A stretch of DNA of 64,000 nt from assembly GCA_043767805.1 (NCBI GenBank), contig JAYUGC010000071.1, positions 723-64,722 of the forward strand. Direction: 5' to 3'. The position numbers and the translations under genes are program-made. This DNA comes from Pseudomonadota bacterium (lineage in GTDB: Bacteria; Bdellovibrionota; FAC87; UBA2466). The notes beneath the pieces were generated by a model. That model saw only the letters and a list, made by a program, of their open reading frames with translations. It was not told the origin of the DNA and did not search any database. This document shows positions 39,453 through 48,487 of the stretch, one piece after another (the first letter of the stretch is position 1; each line of letters begins with the position of its first letter).

Positions 39453-41102
39453 ATGCGAAAAGTGAACACGAAGATAAAGCTAAAACGCTTTTCCAGCTCC
39501 CCCCTGCTTAAATCCGCCCGTCCGAATCGGCGGGCCACGCGCCTCATGCGGGTCTATTGGGAACGAAACCTCCTGAAGAATTTCCGTTACGATTTCTCGG
39601 CGTCCATCGTCGTGTTTCTCGTAGCTCTGCCGCTGTGCCTAGGGATCGCCTTGGCCTCGGACGCGCCTCTATTTTCGGGCGTCATTACCGGCATCATCGC
39701 GGGCATGATCGTGGCCTTACTCTCGGGCTCCGAGCTGAGTATCAGTGGGCCGGCGGCGGGCCTCACGGTGATTGTCGCGAGCGGTATCAAATCCGTGGGC
39801 GGGTTCGATGCTTTTCTAGTCGCCGTGGTTCTGGCGGGCGTCTTCCAGTTTATTCTGGGGCTCGTCCGGGCGGGGTCCATCGCGAGCTTATTCCCCTTAA
39901 GCGTAATCAAGGGAATGCTCGTCGCCATCGGCATCACCATCATCCTGAAGCAGATCCCCCATGCGTTAGGAGCCGCGGGAGGCTTTGAGAGCGACATGGA
40001 ATTTCTTTCCTGGCTCGGCAAAGACACGGCCGTGCATCACTTCGCGGCGACTCTCGTCTCTTTCAAAGGCTCTGTGGTGATGATCTCCCTATCGAGCCTC
40101 GCGCTCCTGAGGCTGTGGGACTCGCCGCAGGTCAAGAAGAGCCCCGTGCTCGCCAAGATCCCGGGTCCTTTGCTTGCCGTTCTCTTCGGATCTCTGCTGA
40201 ACGAAATCTTTCAAGTGGGTTTTCCGCATCTCGCGCTCCAAGCGGCCGACGGGCACCTAGTGCAACTCCCTCTGCTTAGTTCGCCGCTCGCCATCTTGAA
40301 CGAGCTGCGCTTTCCCGCGTTTGCGGCCATCAAGAATCAGAACGTTTGGGTTCTCGCCATGACCTTGGCCGCGGTCGGCAGCATCGAGACGTTGCTGTGT
40401 CTCGAATCGACCGACCGTATCGATCCGCAGAAACGCGTCTCAAACCCGAACCGAGAGCTTCTGGCGCAAGGAACCGGCAATATTCTCGCGGGCCTCATCG
40501 GCGGCATTCCGATGACCTCCGTCATCGTGAGAAGCTCGGCGAATATTTACGCCGGGGCCCGCACCCGTATCTCGGGCTTTCTTCATGGCGCCATTCTCCT
40601 TCTCTCGGTGCTGGCGTTACCCTGGTTCTTGAACCACATCCCGCTCGGTTCTTTGGCGGCCATTCTCATCATGGTCGGCTATAAGCTCGCGAGCCCGGCC
40701 CTCTTCAAGAAGATGTGGCAGGGCGGATTGGACCAGTTCATCCCGTTCGCCGTCACGATTGCCGCCATCCTCGCGCTCGACCTGCTGAAAGGCGTGTTGA
40801 TTGGAACCATTTGCGGGCTGATCTTCGTGCTCCGGGCGGGGTACTCGTCGGCCCTTCTAGTGGTGACCGAAGGCAACGACGTTCTCTTTCGCTTCACCAA
40901 GGACGTGACTTTCATTCACAAGGTGAAGCTCCGCAAAGAGCTCGCGTCAATCGAGCCGGGATCGAACGTCATTTTCAACGCGACTCGCGCGACCTACATC
41001 GACAACGACATCATCCAAATGCTGTCCGAGTTTCAGGAGACCGCGGGAAGCCGCGAGCTCCACGTCGAAATGGAAAACGTATTTCAAAAGAAACGGCACT
41101 AA
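39453..41102 (+). CDS. SulP/SLC26 anion transporter, probably bicarbonate
   Basis: VFLVALPLCLGIALAS, ISGPAAGL, NRELLAQG, SVIVRSS, short STAS-like tail; adjacent to carbonic anhydrase; start may be 39546. Confidence 0.92.
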   Translation: MRKVNTKIKLKRFSSSPLLKSARPNRRATRLMRVYWERNLLKNFRYDFSASIVVFLVALPLCLGIALASDAPLFSGVITGIIAGMIVALLSGSELSISGPAAGLTVIVASGIKSVGGFDAFLVAVVLAGVFQFILGLVRAGSIASLFPLSVIKGMLVAIGITIILKQIPHALGAAGGFESDMEFLSWLGKDTAVHHFAATLVSFKGSVVMISLSSLALLRLWDSPQVKKSPVLAKIPGPLLAVLFGSLLNEIFQVGFPHLALQAADGHLVQLPLLSSPLAILNELRFPAFAAIKNQNVWVLAMTLAAVGSIETLLCLESTDRIDPQKRVSNPNRELLAQGTGNILAGLIGGIPMTSVIVRSSANIYAGARTRISGFLHGAILLLSVLALPWFLNHIPLGSLAAILIMVGYKLASPALFKKMWQGGLDQFIPFAVTIAAILALDLLKGVLIGTICGLIFVLRAGYSSALLVVTEGNDVLFRFTKDVTFIHKVKLRKELASIEPGSNVIFNATRATYIDNDIIQMLSEFQETAGSRELHVEMENVFQKKRH

Positions 41103-41128
41103 CACTTTTTACTTTCTAGGAGAAATCC

Positions 41129-41755
41129 ATGGAACCTACTACCAAGCTACTGCTAAACAACAAAGCGTGGGCCCACGAAAAGACCAAGCTCAATCCGAAC
41201 TACTTCAAGGAGCTGTCCAAGGATCAGCAGCCTGAGTTTCTGTGGGTGGGTTGTTCCGATAGCCGCGTTCCCGCCGAGGAAGTCACCGGAACGGAAGCCG
41301 GCCAAATTTTCGTGCATAGAAACATCGCGAACCTCGTCATTCACGCCGACTTCAATTTCCTGAGCGTCCTTCTGTATGCCGTGCAAAATCTGAAGGTCAA
41401 ACACATCATCATTTGCGGTCATTACGGTTGCGGCGGCGTTCGCGCCGCGCTCTCTCGGGAAAACTTCGGCCCCCTCAATAAGTGGATTCACTACATCAAA
41501 GAAGTGGCCCACAAGCACGCGGGCGAGCTCAATGGCCTTAACGACGAAAACGTCTTCAAAAGAATGATCGAATTGAACGTCGAAGAGCAGGTGAAGAACC
41601 TCTCGCGTACGGCGACCATCCAGCGCGCGTGGAAAGAGACGGATGGACCGATGATTCACGGCTGGGTCTTCAATATGGAAGACGGTCTCATCACCTCGCG
41701 GGTAACGATGGGACCAAACTCTCCCGTCGACGCTCCGTTTAAGTTCAGGCTGTAG
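41129..41755 (+). CDS. can: Beta-class carbonic anhydrase
   Basis: WVGCSDSRVP, FVHRNIAN, CGHYGCGG zinc ligands; AGGAG RBS. Confidence 0.95.
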   Translation: MEPTTKLLLNNKAWAHEKTKLNPNYFKELSKDQQPEFLWVGCSDSRVPAEEVTGTEAGQIFVHRNIANLVIHADFNFLSVLLYAVQNLKVKHIIICGHYGCGGVRAALSRENFGPLNKWIHYIKEVAHKHAGELNGLNDENVFKRMIELNVEEQVKNLSRTATIQRAWKETDGPMIHGWVFNMEDGLITSRVTMGPNSPVDAPFKFRL

Positions 41756-41807
41756 CGACGCCCGCGGAGATTCTTGAAATAGATTTACCCGTCCCCTATG
41801 CTAGGGC

Positions 41808-42707
41808 ATCGCCTGCGCCGTCTACATCGTCATCCCTATATTCAACGCCTTCGAAGCGACGCGCCGATGCCTGAAGAGCGTGTTTAAGCACACGAGTGCC
41901 CAGACCCGCCTCGTTCTCGTCGACGATGGCAGCACGGATCCGGCCATGAGGCCGCTCCTGGAGAGTTACGCTGGGGATGGAGCACGGGTTACCCTCATAA
42001 AGCTAGAAAAGAACTCGGGCTTCGTGGCCGCGGCGAACCTTGGGTTGGCGTACGGAGAGTCGGACGTCGTCTTGCTCAATTCGGACACTCAGGTGACCGA
42101 GGGCTGGCTCGCCCGCCTCGAGGCTTGTCTCACTAGCCGGCCCGGGCTCGGCATCGTGTCTCCCCTTTCCAACAACGGGTTCATTCTCTCCGTGCCGCGG
42201 ATCAATCACTCCAACGAGCTTCCGTCGGGCTATTCAGTCGACGATTATGCGGCCCTCGTAAGCCGGCTTTCCTGGCGCGAATACCCGGAGCTTCCCGCCG
42301 CCGTCGGCTACTGCATGTGGATCCGGCGAGACGTCCTGCGCGCGGTGGGTGATTTCGATAGAGTATTTCTCGAAGGGTACGGCGAGGAAATGGATTTTTC
42401 TTACCGGGCGAAGCGAGCCGGATTTGGCATCGCCTGTGCCGACGATTGTTTTATCTTTCATCAGGGCGCCGCTTCTTTCGGCGAGGGGAAAAAACCCGAG
42501 TCCTTGCACCGCCGGAATGAGATCATTCTCAAGCGCTACTGGCCGAACTATCCGGCTGATCTACTCGCGTTCCAAGCAGGCGACCCCTTTGGCCCTCTGG
42601 CCGAACGAATCACTTCGACTTTAACGCTCCGTAAGACATCTCGACCAGAATCCGATGCGCCTCCGACTCCCGCGTCCCGCAAAGAATTCCCCCCTTGCTT
42701 TGTCTGA
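41808..42707 (+). CDS. Glycosyltransferase family 2 (5' start anomalous)
   Basis: VYIVIPIFN in frame upstream of GTG 41880; VDDGSTD, LLNSD, GYGEEMD. Confidence 0.8.
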   Translation: MACAVYIVIPIFNAFEATRRCLKSVFKHTSAQTRLVLVDDGSTDPAMRPLLESYAGDGARVTLIKLEKNSGFVAAANLGLAYGESDVVLLNSDTQVTEGWLARLEACLTSRPGLGIVSPLSNNGFILSVPRINHSNELPSGYSVDDYAALVSRLSWREYPELPAAVGYCMWIRRDVLRAVGDFDRVFLEGYGEEMDFSYRAKRAGFGIACADDCFIFHQGAASFGEGKKPESLHRRNEIILKRYWPNYPADLLAFQAGDPFGPLAERITSTLTLRKTSRPESDAPPTPASRKEFPPCFV

Positions 42708-43347
42708 CCGAAATATTTTCGTCGTGCAACCGGTAGCGAAAGACCGGACGAAATCGATGGGGCAAGTGATACTGCTTTAAGTAGCGGCACATGAAGTCCG
42801 TGTCTTCGGCCCAGCGAAGCGTCTCGTCGAAATTACCCAACTCACGAAACACTTCCGCGCGAAACATCGTCGGCGTGACCGGCGCGGCGAAGGGGCCATC
42901 TTTCTTCCACACCGCCCAGGTGACCAAGTCGGGAATGCTGGCGTGTAGCCTTCGGAAATCCGGAGTGTACTCCCGCGCCTTTCCCGCCCCATCGACCCAA
43001 GTGAAGATGGATCCGAAGATCGCGTTTTCCTCGGGGTGGGCATCCAGCCAATCCGCTCGCCAGCGCAGCCCTCCCGGCTCGAGCAAATCGTCGGAGTCGA
43101 GAAAGGCGATTTTAGATCCCGTGGCCTGGCTAAGGCCCGCGTTACGGGCGGCGGCGGGGCCGACGTTTTCTTTAAGGCGCACGCACGTCACGGGAAGATC
43201 GGAAATCGTTTCGAGACAATCATCCGTGGAAGCGTCGTCGACTACGATCACTTGGAGATCGGAAAGCGCTTCGTCGAGAAGTCCCAGAACGGCTTCTCTC
43301 AAAAACCGACGGGAGTTGAAGGCTGGCACTACGACGCTGACTGTCAA
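42610..43347 (-). CDS. Glycosyltransferase family 2
   Basis: VSVVVPAFN, VDDASTD, ARNAG, FLDSDD, AED. Confidence 0.9.
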   Translation of the reverse strand: MTVSVVVPAFNSRRFLREAVLGLLDEALSDLQVIVVDDASTDDCLETISDLPVTCVRLKENVGPAAARNAGLSQATGSKIAFLDSDDLLEPGGLRWRADWLDAHPEENAIFGSIFTWVDGAGKAREYTPDFRRLHASIPDLVTWAVWKKDGPFAAPVTPTMFRAEVFRELGNFDETLRWAEDTDFMCRYLKQYHLPHRFRPVFRYRLHDENISVRQSKGGILCGTRESEAHRILVEMSYGALKSK

Positions 43348-43410
43348 TGGAACTCCTTCCCCTCTCGCTGCCGGTTAGTTTTTCAAAACTAGAGGTTAGT
43401 CCTTTCTCGG

Positions 43411-43587
43411 TCATCTGTCATCGAGTTCGGCGGCCGCCTCATCGAGGTAAACTGCGAAACCGGAGAGCTGCGGTCCGTGGGCGAGTCCCATAAGAGCTTG
43501 CAGGAACTCACGCATTTCGTCGGTTTTTTCCACCAAATACTCATAAGCCCGCGAGATGCCTTGTCGTGATAGGGACTCGGCATGCAT
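43411..43587 (-). CDS. Small hypothetical protein (58 aa)
   Basis: MHAESLSRQGISRAYEYL...AELDDR; protein-like composition, weak support. Confidence 0.3.
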   Translation of the reverse strand: MHAESLSRQGISRAYEYLVEKTDEMREFLQALMGLAHGPQLSGFAVYLDEAAAELDDR

Positions 43588-43744
43588 TGAAAGGCCCCTG
43601 GCAATTCGAATGAGCGCCGAAAAGGCGTGCAGAATAAAAATGAGGCCAGACGAATGCCCTGACTCTATTTCCCCCTCCGGAACATGAACAAATTTCCTGC
43701 AATTTCGGGACCCTCCTTGAGAGGGCAATCGGCGGGTAGCGAAA

Positions 43745-44197
43745 CTACGGGTTCTTGCCGTGGCCCTTCTTCTTGGCCTCTTCGGACTTGCCCTTTTCGT
43801 TCGGGCGGCCGGCGGCGGTCGACGCCTTCGCGGCATCGGAGCTTCCTTTCGAGGAGGCCCCGGAGTCGTCGGGACGCTGGCTACGCTGCTTGGAGACCCA
43901 AGCGCCGAAATTCTTGTTGTCCTTTTGAACGTCGGTCTTGAGGTTGCGAGCCGCATCGGAAACTTTTCGAGCGAAGTTGTCGTTCTTGGCCGAACCGGGG
44001 TCGCTCATCTGAGTGTCGATTCCGGGAGCTTCCGCTTTTTGCCCCTCGGCGCGACGGCTCTCGGCGATCGCCTTGCCGAAGGCGCTCTTGTAAGCGCCCA
44101 TCTCTTCCTTCGAGACGGAAGGAATCACGTCGTCGGCGTGGACGGCGAAGGGCCAAATCAAAGTGGCGAAGAGGGCGGCAAAGCAAATACGCTTCAT
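43745..44197 (-). CDS. Secreted low-complexity protein with NF(G/A)xxVS repeats
   Basis: Signal peptide; coupled to the anti-sigma gene (4-bp overlap); paralog of 47130..47435. Confidence 0.8.
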   Translation of the reverse strand: MKRICFAALFATLIWPFAVHADDVIPSVSKEEMGAYKSAFGKAIAESRRAEGQKAEAPGIDTQMSDPGSAKNDNFARKVSDAARNLKTDVQKDNKNFGAWVSKQRSQRPDDSGASSKGSSDAAKASTAAGRPNEKGKSEEAKKKGHGKNP

Positions 44198-44760
44198 ACT
44201 CTCTCCTCGGGCTTAGGCACTGAGCCTTTGAGCCTCAAATTGAAAACCCGCTCGGCGACCACGTCATCCTTGGCGTTGAAAAATTTAACTTTGACCGTCT
44301 TCAGACCGGCCTCTGTCGCCGACAAAACGAAAGGGAACACCCCAGTCGAGTCCTGCTTCGTCCAGTGAAGAGTCAAAGTCTTCGCGTCTTTCAGCTCGGG
44401 GTACTGCTCGATATCGAAGCGCACTCCAGGGGGAAGCTCGATTCGCGCTTTGGCAATCTTCTCTTGATTGAGATCCTTGAGTTCGATGCGAACCACGAAA
44501 GGCTGATCGACGAAGGCTTCGTAAGTCGTGCCGCGCACGAACCACACTACGAGGAGAGCCACCGCGAGCGCGCTGAAAGCGGACGTGCCGATGGCAAGGC
44601 GCTTCCACCACACCAGCGAGTTACCGTGCTTGCGGCGCTCACGCAGCTGAGCGAGAACGCGCGTCTCGAGATACGGCTCCGCTTCATGAGGCAGCTGGCG
44701 CAAGCCATTGAAGACGGTCTTTATCTCGGCGGGAGCCTGGTTGTGATTCGGGTCTTTCAT
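44194..44760 (-). CDS. Putative anti-sigma factor (single TM, periplasmic beta domain)
   Basis: PYLETRVLA...WWK then one TM; immediately downstream of the ECF sigma gene. Confidence 0.7.
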   Translation of the reverse strand: MKDPNHNQAPAEIKTVFNGLRQLPHEAEPYLETRVLAQLRERRKHGNSLVWWKRLAIGTSAFSALAVALLVVWFVRGTTYEAFVDQPFVVRIELKDLNQEKIAKARIELPPGVRFDIEQYPELKDAKTLTLHWTKQDSTGVFPFVLSATEAGLKTVKVKFFNAKDDVVAERVFNLRLKGSVPKPEERV

Positions 44761-44803
44761 GATGGGTCTCCGACAGAAAGGCGTGCGAAGGGGCTAATTC
44801 CTT

Positions 44804-45352
44804 TCATCTCTTGGAGAATAATTGCTGGAATTTTTGACGGGCCCTGTAAAGCCTTGAAACCACGGCAGATTCCGATATCCCCACGACTACCGCCGCCTCC
44901 GCGTACGAGTGTCCCTCCAAGTCCACCAGCAGTAGGAGCACCCGGTCCTCCTCACTCATTTTGGCGAGCACTTCGTTGGCCTGGAAGTGGAGCTCGCGTT
45001 GATCGGTGGTGAAACCAGGAAGCTCCGCCACGCTTTCTAGGCTCGCGTGAGCCTGGTTTCTCGGGCTGCGCTTGTGATCGAAAAATTTATTCTTCGCAAT
45101 CAGAAAGAGCCATTTAGGAAAGGCCCCCTCCTTCTTCAGACTGCCGAGATTCTCCAGCGCGTAGAGATAAGTTTCCTGGGCCAAATCGTTGGCGAGTTCT
45201 CGGCTTCCTCCAAGATAAAGTAGAAACCGGAACACCGCCAGATTGGTTCGGCGAATGAGTTCCGACATGGCGGGCTCGTCCCCGGCTTTCGCCTTCTTGA
45301 CGAGCTGCTCGATGGCCTCGATCTCGGTGGGCTTCAATTTAGGATGTCCCAT
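44804..45352 (-). CDS. ECF RNA polymerase sigma factor
   Basis: AKAGDEPAM, ANDLAQETY, WLFLIAKN, EGHSYAEAA...VVSRLYRAR. Confidence 0.92.
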   Translation of the reverse strand: MGHPKLKPTEIEAIEQLVKKAKAGDEPAMSELIRRTNLAVFRFLLYLGGSRELANDLAQETYLYALENLGSLKKEGAFPKWLFLIAKNKFFDHKRSPRNQAHASLESVAELPGFTTDQRELHFQANEVLAKMSEEDRVLLLLVDLEGHSYAEAAVVVGISESAVVSRLYRARQKFQQLFSKR

Positions 45353-46920
45353 GTGATTCCCATAAGTGCGATGACTTGTGAAAAGTTCTTATCGTTGACC
45401 GCGCTAGCGGCATGTAGTGTCGATCGGTTCACCTGAGCACTGAGGGAGGCGAACCCTTGCAAGCTAGGAGTCCAGCGATACGCGACTCGCGTTGTCCCGC
45501 TCCACAGGCCGTCTTTTCTGGCGATTGCGTCCGGCAGCGCGAGAGTCGAATAATTTCGCCAGAGATAGGACAACCTTCCGCTCAGCTCCCATTTGTCAGC
45601 TAGCTCCCAGGATAGACGTATTCCCGGCCCGTGAGAGCTCGACTTAAGAGGCAGCAGAGTCGTGCCGCTCACTAAGTCCTGCGAGCCGTCGAACAGCAGC
45701 GAATAAATTACACTCAGATCGAGTGCTGGCACCGAGTACCCGAAGCTCGCGCGAGTCACGTGAGTGGAACCATCCAGATACTGGTACTCACTCAGCTGCC
45801 CAAAGTTTTTCCCCCACTCATACTGAAACGCTCCATAGAAACGCTTACCGATACTTCGTTGGGCGTGACCCCCAAGAGAGCCTTTCAGCAAAAAGGGGTC
45901 CGATCCGTAGATCTGATACTGCAACGAGGGGAAAAATCTCAGCCGCCATTGTTCGCTCACATAGGTGAAATCGCTTCGCAAAGTCTGGGACAGAAACCTT
46001 CCCGAACTCTCGCCAAGAGCCTCTTCCCAGTAGAGAAGGTAGCTCACGTCGGCGGTGTGGCGCGGCCGTTTCAGCACATAGGCGCCAGCTCCAAAAAGCG
46101 CCTGGACGGCGGGTTTTGACGTCGGAGCCAAACTCGCCCCTTCCAAAAATACGTTCGAGTTGTAGCCCAGTCCAAGATCCAGGAAAAGCCAGCCCGCGCT
46201 CTCCGTCGATTGTTTTTCGATTCTCTCGAGAAAGTAGCGCGACTGCTCCCTCGCCGGTCCGCCGCGAGCCAGACTTTCGGCCCGACGGAGCGCGGGCTTT
46301 GCTTCGGTGGGGCGCTCGAGTCTCATCAGCGTAAGCCCCATCATGAAAGTAACGTCGCCATCGGCTTCGATGTCGGAAGCGATCTTAAAACCGCCAAGCG
46401 CCTGCTCGAGCTCGTGGTTCTCGTAATGTTCCATCGCGGCGTCCAAAACAGCACGCCGTAACGTCTTAAGCTCCGCGGCAGCGGCGGAGCCGAGCCCTTC
46501 GGACTTCTGGCATTTGCGAACTAGGTTTAGTGCCGCGGCGAACTGACCTTGCCGGCGGCGGCATTTGGCGAGCGAAAGCTCGGCCGCCGGAGTGAGTGGG
46601 CTTGCGAGAGCGATGACCTTCTCAAAAGCGGTGGCGGCACCGTCGGTCTTCTGCTGATTGAAGCGCGCGCTTCCCAAGTTGAACCAGAAGAGCGCATTTT
46701 CGGGCTCTCGCATGACGAGCGAAGCTAAAAGCGACTCCGCCTCTCCGTACTCTTTTGCATCCAGTAGAGTCACCGCGGCAGCGAAGGATGGCTCGCTATT
46801 TTGCTTACGAGCCGCCAAAGCGAAAGAGCTCGAGGACCCAGCTATCCACAAAGACAGCCCTATCCACCCACACCCCCAACGCCTGCCTAAAAAACTAAGG
46901 GAGGTTGCGGCGGCTTTCAT
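45334..46920 (-). CDS. TPR-containing outer-membrane beta-barrel protein
   Basis: Signal peptide, N-terminal TPR helices, LGLGYNSNV barrel entry, alternating aromatic beta strands to the C-terminus. Confidence 0.75.
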   Translation of the reverse strand: MKAAATSLSFLGRRWGCGWIGLSLWIAGSSSSFALAARKQNSEPSFAAAVTLLDAKEYGEAESLLASLVMREPENALFWFNLGSARFNQQKTDGAATAFEKVIALASPLTPAAELSLAKCRRRQGQFAAALNLVRKCQKSEGLGSAAAAELKTLRRAVLDAAMEHYENHELEQALGGFKIASDIEADGDVTFMMGLTLMRLERPTEAKPALRRAESLARGGPAREQSRYFLERIEKQSTESAGWLFLDLGLGYNSNVFLEGASLAPTSKPAVQALFGAGAYVLKRPRHTADVSYLLYWEEALGESSGRFLSQTLRSDFTYVSEQWRLRFFPSLQYQIYGSDPFLLKGSLGGHAQRSIGKRFYGAFQYEWGKNFGQLSEYQYLDGSTHVTRASFGYSVPALDLSVIYSLLFDGSQDLVSGTTLLPLKSSSHGPGIRLSWELADKWELSGRLSYLWRNYSTLALPDAIARKDGLWSGTTRVAYRWTPSLQGFASLSAQVNRSTLHAASAVNDKNFSQVIALMGITWDILN

Positions 46921-47129
46921 CGAAGGAAGTTCCAGAGATGGGCTGTTCCTAATCAGGACAAGGGCATGTCTATTGTAGCACCGGGGAATATTGTGCTCCG
47001 CGCCACAAAGGTCCCTTCCAATGTGGCGATCACTCCAAAAAAGGTTCCCCCCCCTGCGCCGCCTTCCTCACGAGAGCGGAAGGCAGCATGTAAGTGACCC
47101 GCTAGCTGGAAACCTAACTGGAGGTTGAT

Positions 47130-47435
47130 ATGAAGCGGTTCATTCTTGCGGCCATGCTAGGCGTTACTTTGCTTTCCCCTGGGATTCAGGCGGATGAAAC
47201 GAACGTGAAGGAGCCGGAAGTGAGCGAGCCGAAACCGGAGCGCACTCCCCTCAAGGAAAATTTTGGCTCGCGCGTCTCCGTCGAAGCGAAGCAGTTCCGT
47301 ACCGACGAGGCACGGACGGAAAGAAATTTTGGAGAATGGGTGTCGAGTCAGCGTAGCCACCGCCCCGCCCGGCACCACGGCCAACCGGACAATGCTGGCC
47401 ACGGCAAGTCGGACGAACGAGGTCGCTCTAGGTAA
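47130..47435 (+). CDS. Small secreted protein with NFGxxVS repeats
   Basis: GGAGG RBS, signal peptide, motif shared with 43745..44197. Confidence 0.8.
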   Translation: MKRFILAAMLGVTLLSPGIQADETNVKEPEVSEPKPERTPLKENFGSRVSVEAKQFRTDEARTERNFGEWVSSQRSHRPARHHGQPDNAGHGKSDERGRSR

Positions 47436-47459
47436 TCCTCCCCCCGGAGTGCCTAGACT

Positions 47460-47491
47460 GGAACTGGGGGGCCCCAGGGCCCCCCAGTTCC
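47460..47491 (+). terminator. Terminator-like hairpin
   Basis: GGAACTGGGGG...CCCCCAGTTCC inverted repeat after the stop; no U-tract. Confidence 0.5.
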
Positions 47492-47605
47492 CTATCCCAA
47501 TATTATTGAAGACTTACCAAATTTCACAATCTCGCTCGAAAGGATCTCTCCTCGCGCATCGCCCTTCTCCCGTGAACGCCCCGTCCCCTTTTTAGGAGTG
47601 CGCGT

Positions 47606-48409
47606 ATGCAGAGGCAAATCACTATCAATCCCCAAAAAATGATCGCGTTTATTTACTGTTTGGTAACGGCCTTGGTGCTGCTCAGCGGTTGCGAAGCCGC
47701 CGATCAGAAGTTCATGGCGACGGGCTCCGTCACCAATATCATTTTGAATCCCATGTCGGGAGAAGGCTCATGGTCTTCTCTCGATGAGGAAGTCGGGGAC
47801 AAACCTCCCGTTCTCGCCGGCTTTCCCGGTTCTCAACCTCCCCCGAGTAATGGCGGAAACGCTGGGGACACCAGCGGCGGGACAGAGGGATCAACCGGTG
47901 GCTCCGACGGCTCGACCGGCGGCACCGTTGCGCCGCCGGCTCAAAATTCCTCGGACACCAATGTGTCGCGGACGGAGGCGGATGCTTGCTCCGAACTTCT
48001 CGGAGTCGAACCGTCGAAAGTTCGAGTCATTCGCGCGGGGCAGGACCTCACGATTACCGGCAATCAGCCCATTGCCATCAAAGTGACGGGCAATCAGACC
48101 AAGATCAGCATGAACATCCTTGGCACTGCAGGACAAACTCTGCCGGGCCTCTGCGTTTATGCCTTGGGAAATCAGCCGGACATTACGATAAACCTCGGCG
48201 TTGCGTTGGGCGGTCTCTACTACAAGGCTCGCGGCAACCAAAGCCGCGCGGTGGTTCAGGTCAGCCTGCTCGCGTCGCTGATGAAATCCTTTACCGCCGA
48301 CATGAGCGGTAACCTCGCTAGCCTCGTCATTTGGGGCAAGGGCAAGTACATCTGCCCCACAGTGTCGATGTCGGGCCACAATCCCGTCGTCAACTGTACG
48401 CAAAATTGA
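47606..48409 (+). CDS. Lipoprotein with Gly/Ser/Thr linker and GNQ-repeat beta domain
   Basis: AGGAG RBS, lipobox LSGC, repeated xxGNQ turns. Confidence 0.75.
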   Translation: MQRQITINPQKMIAFIYCLVTALVLLSGCEAADQKFMATGSVTNIILNPMSGEGSWSSLDEEVGDKPPVLAGFPGSQPPPSNGGNAGDTSGGTEGSTGGSDGSTGGTVAPPAQNSSDTNVSRTEADACSELLGVEPSKVRVIRAGQDLTITGNQPIAIKVTGNQTKISMNILGTAGQTLPGLCVYALGNQPDITINLGVALGGLYYKARGNQSRAVVQVSLLASLMKSFTADMSGNLASLVIWGKGKYICPTVSMSGHNPVVNCTQN

Positions 48410-48440
48410 AGGTAGCGAGCCGAAGCTAATTTAACCGCGC

Positions 48441-48487
48441 AAGCCCCCTCTTCCCCCCGGAGAGGGGGCTTTCCCTTGCCCTTTTTT
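48441..48487 (+). terminator. Rho-independent terminator
   Basis: AAGCCCCCTCTT...GAGAGGGGGCTT hairpin followed by a pyrimidine tract. Confidence 0.65.
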
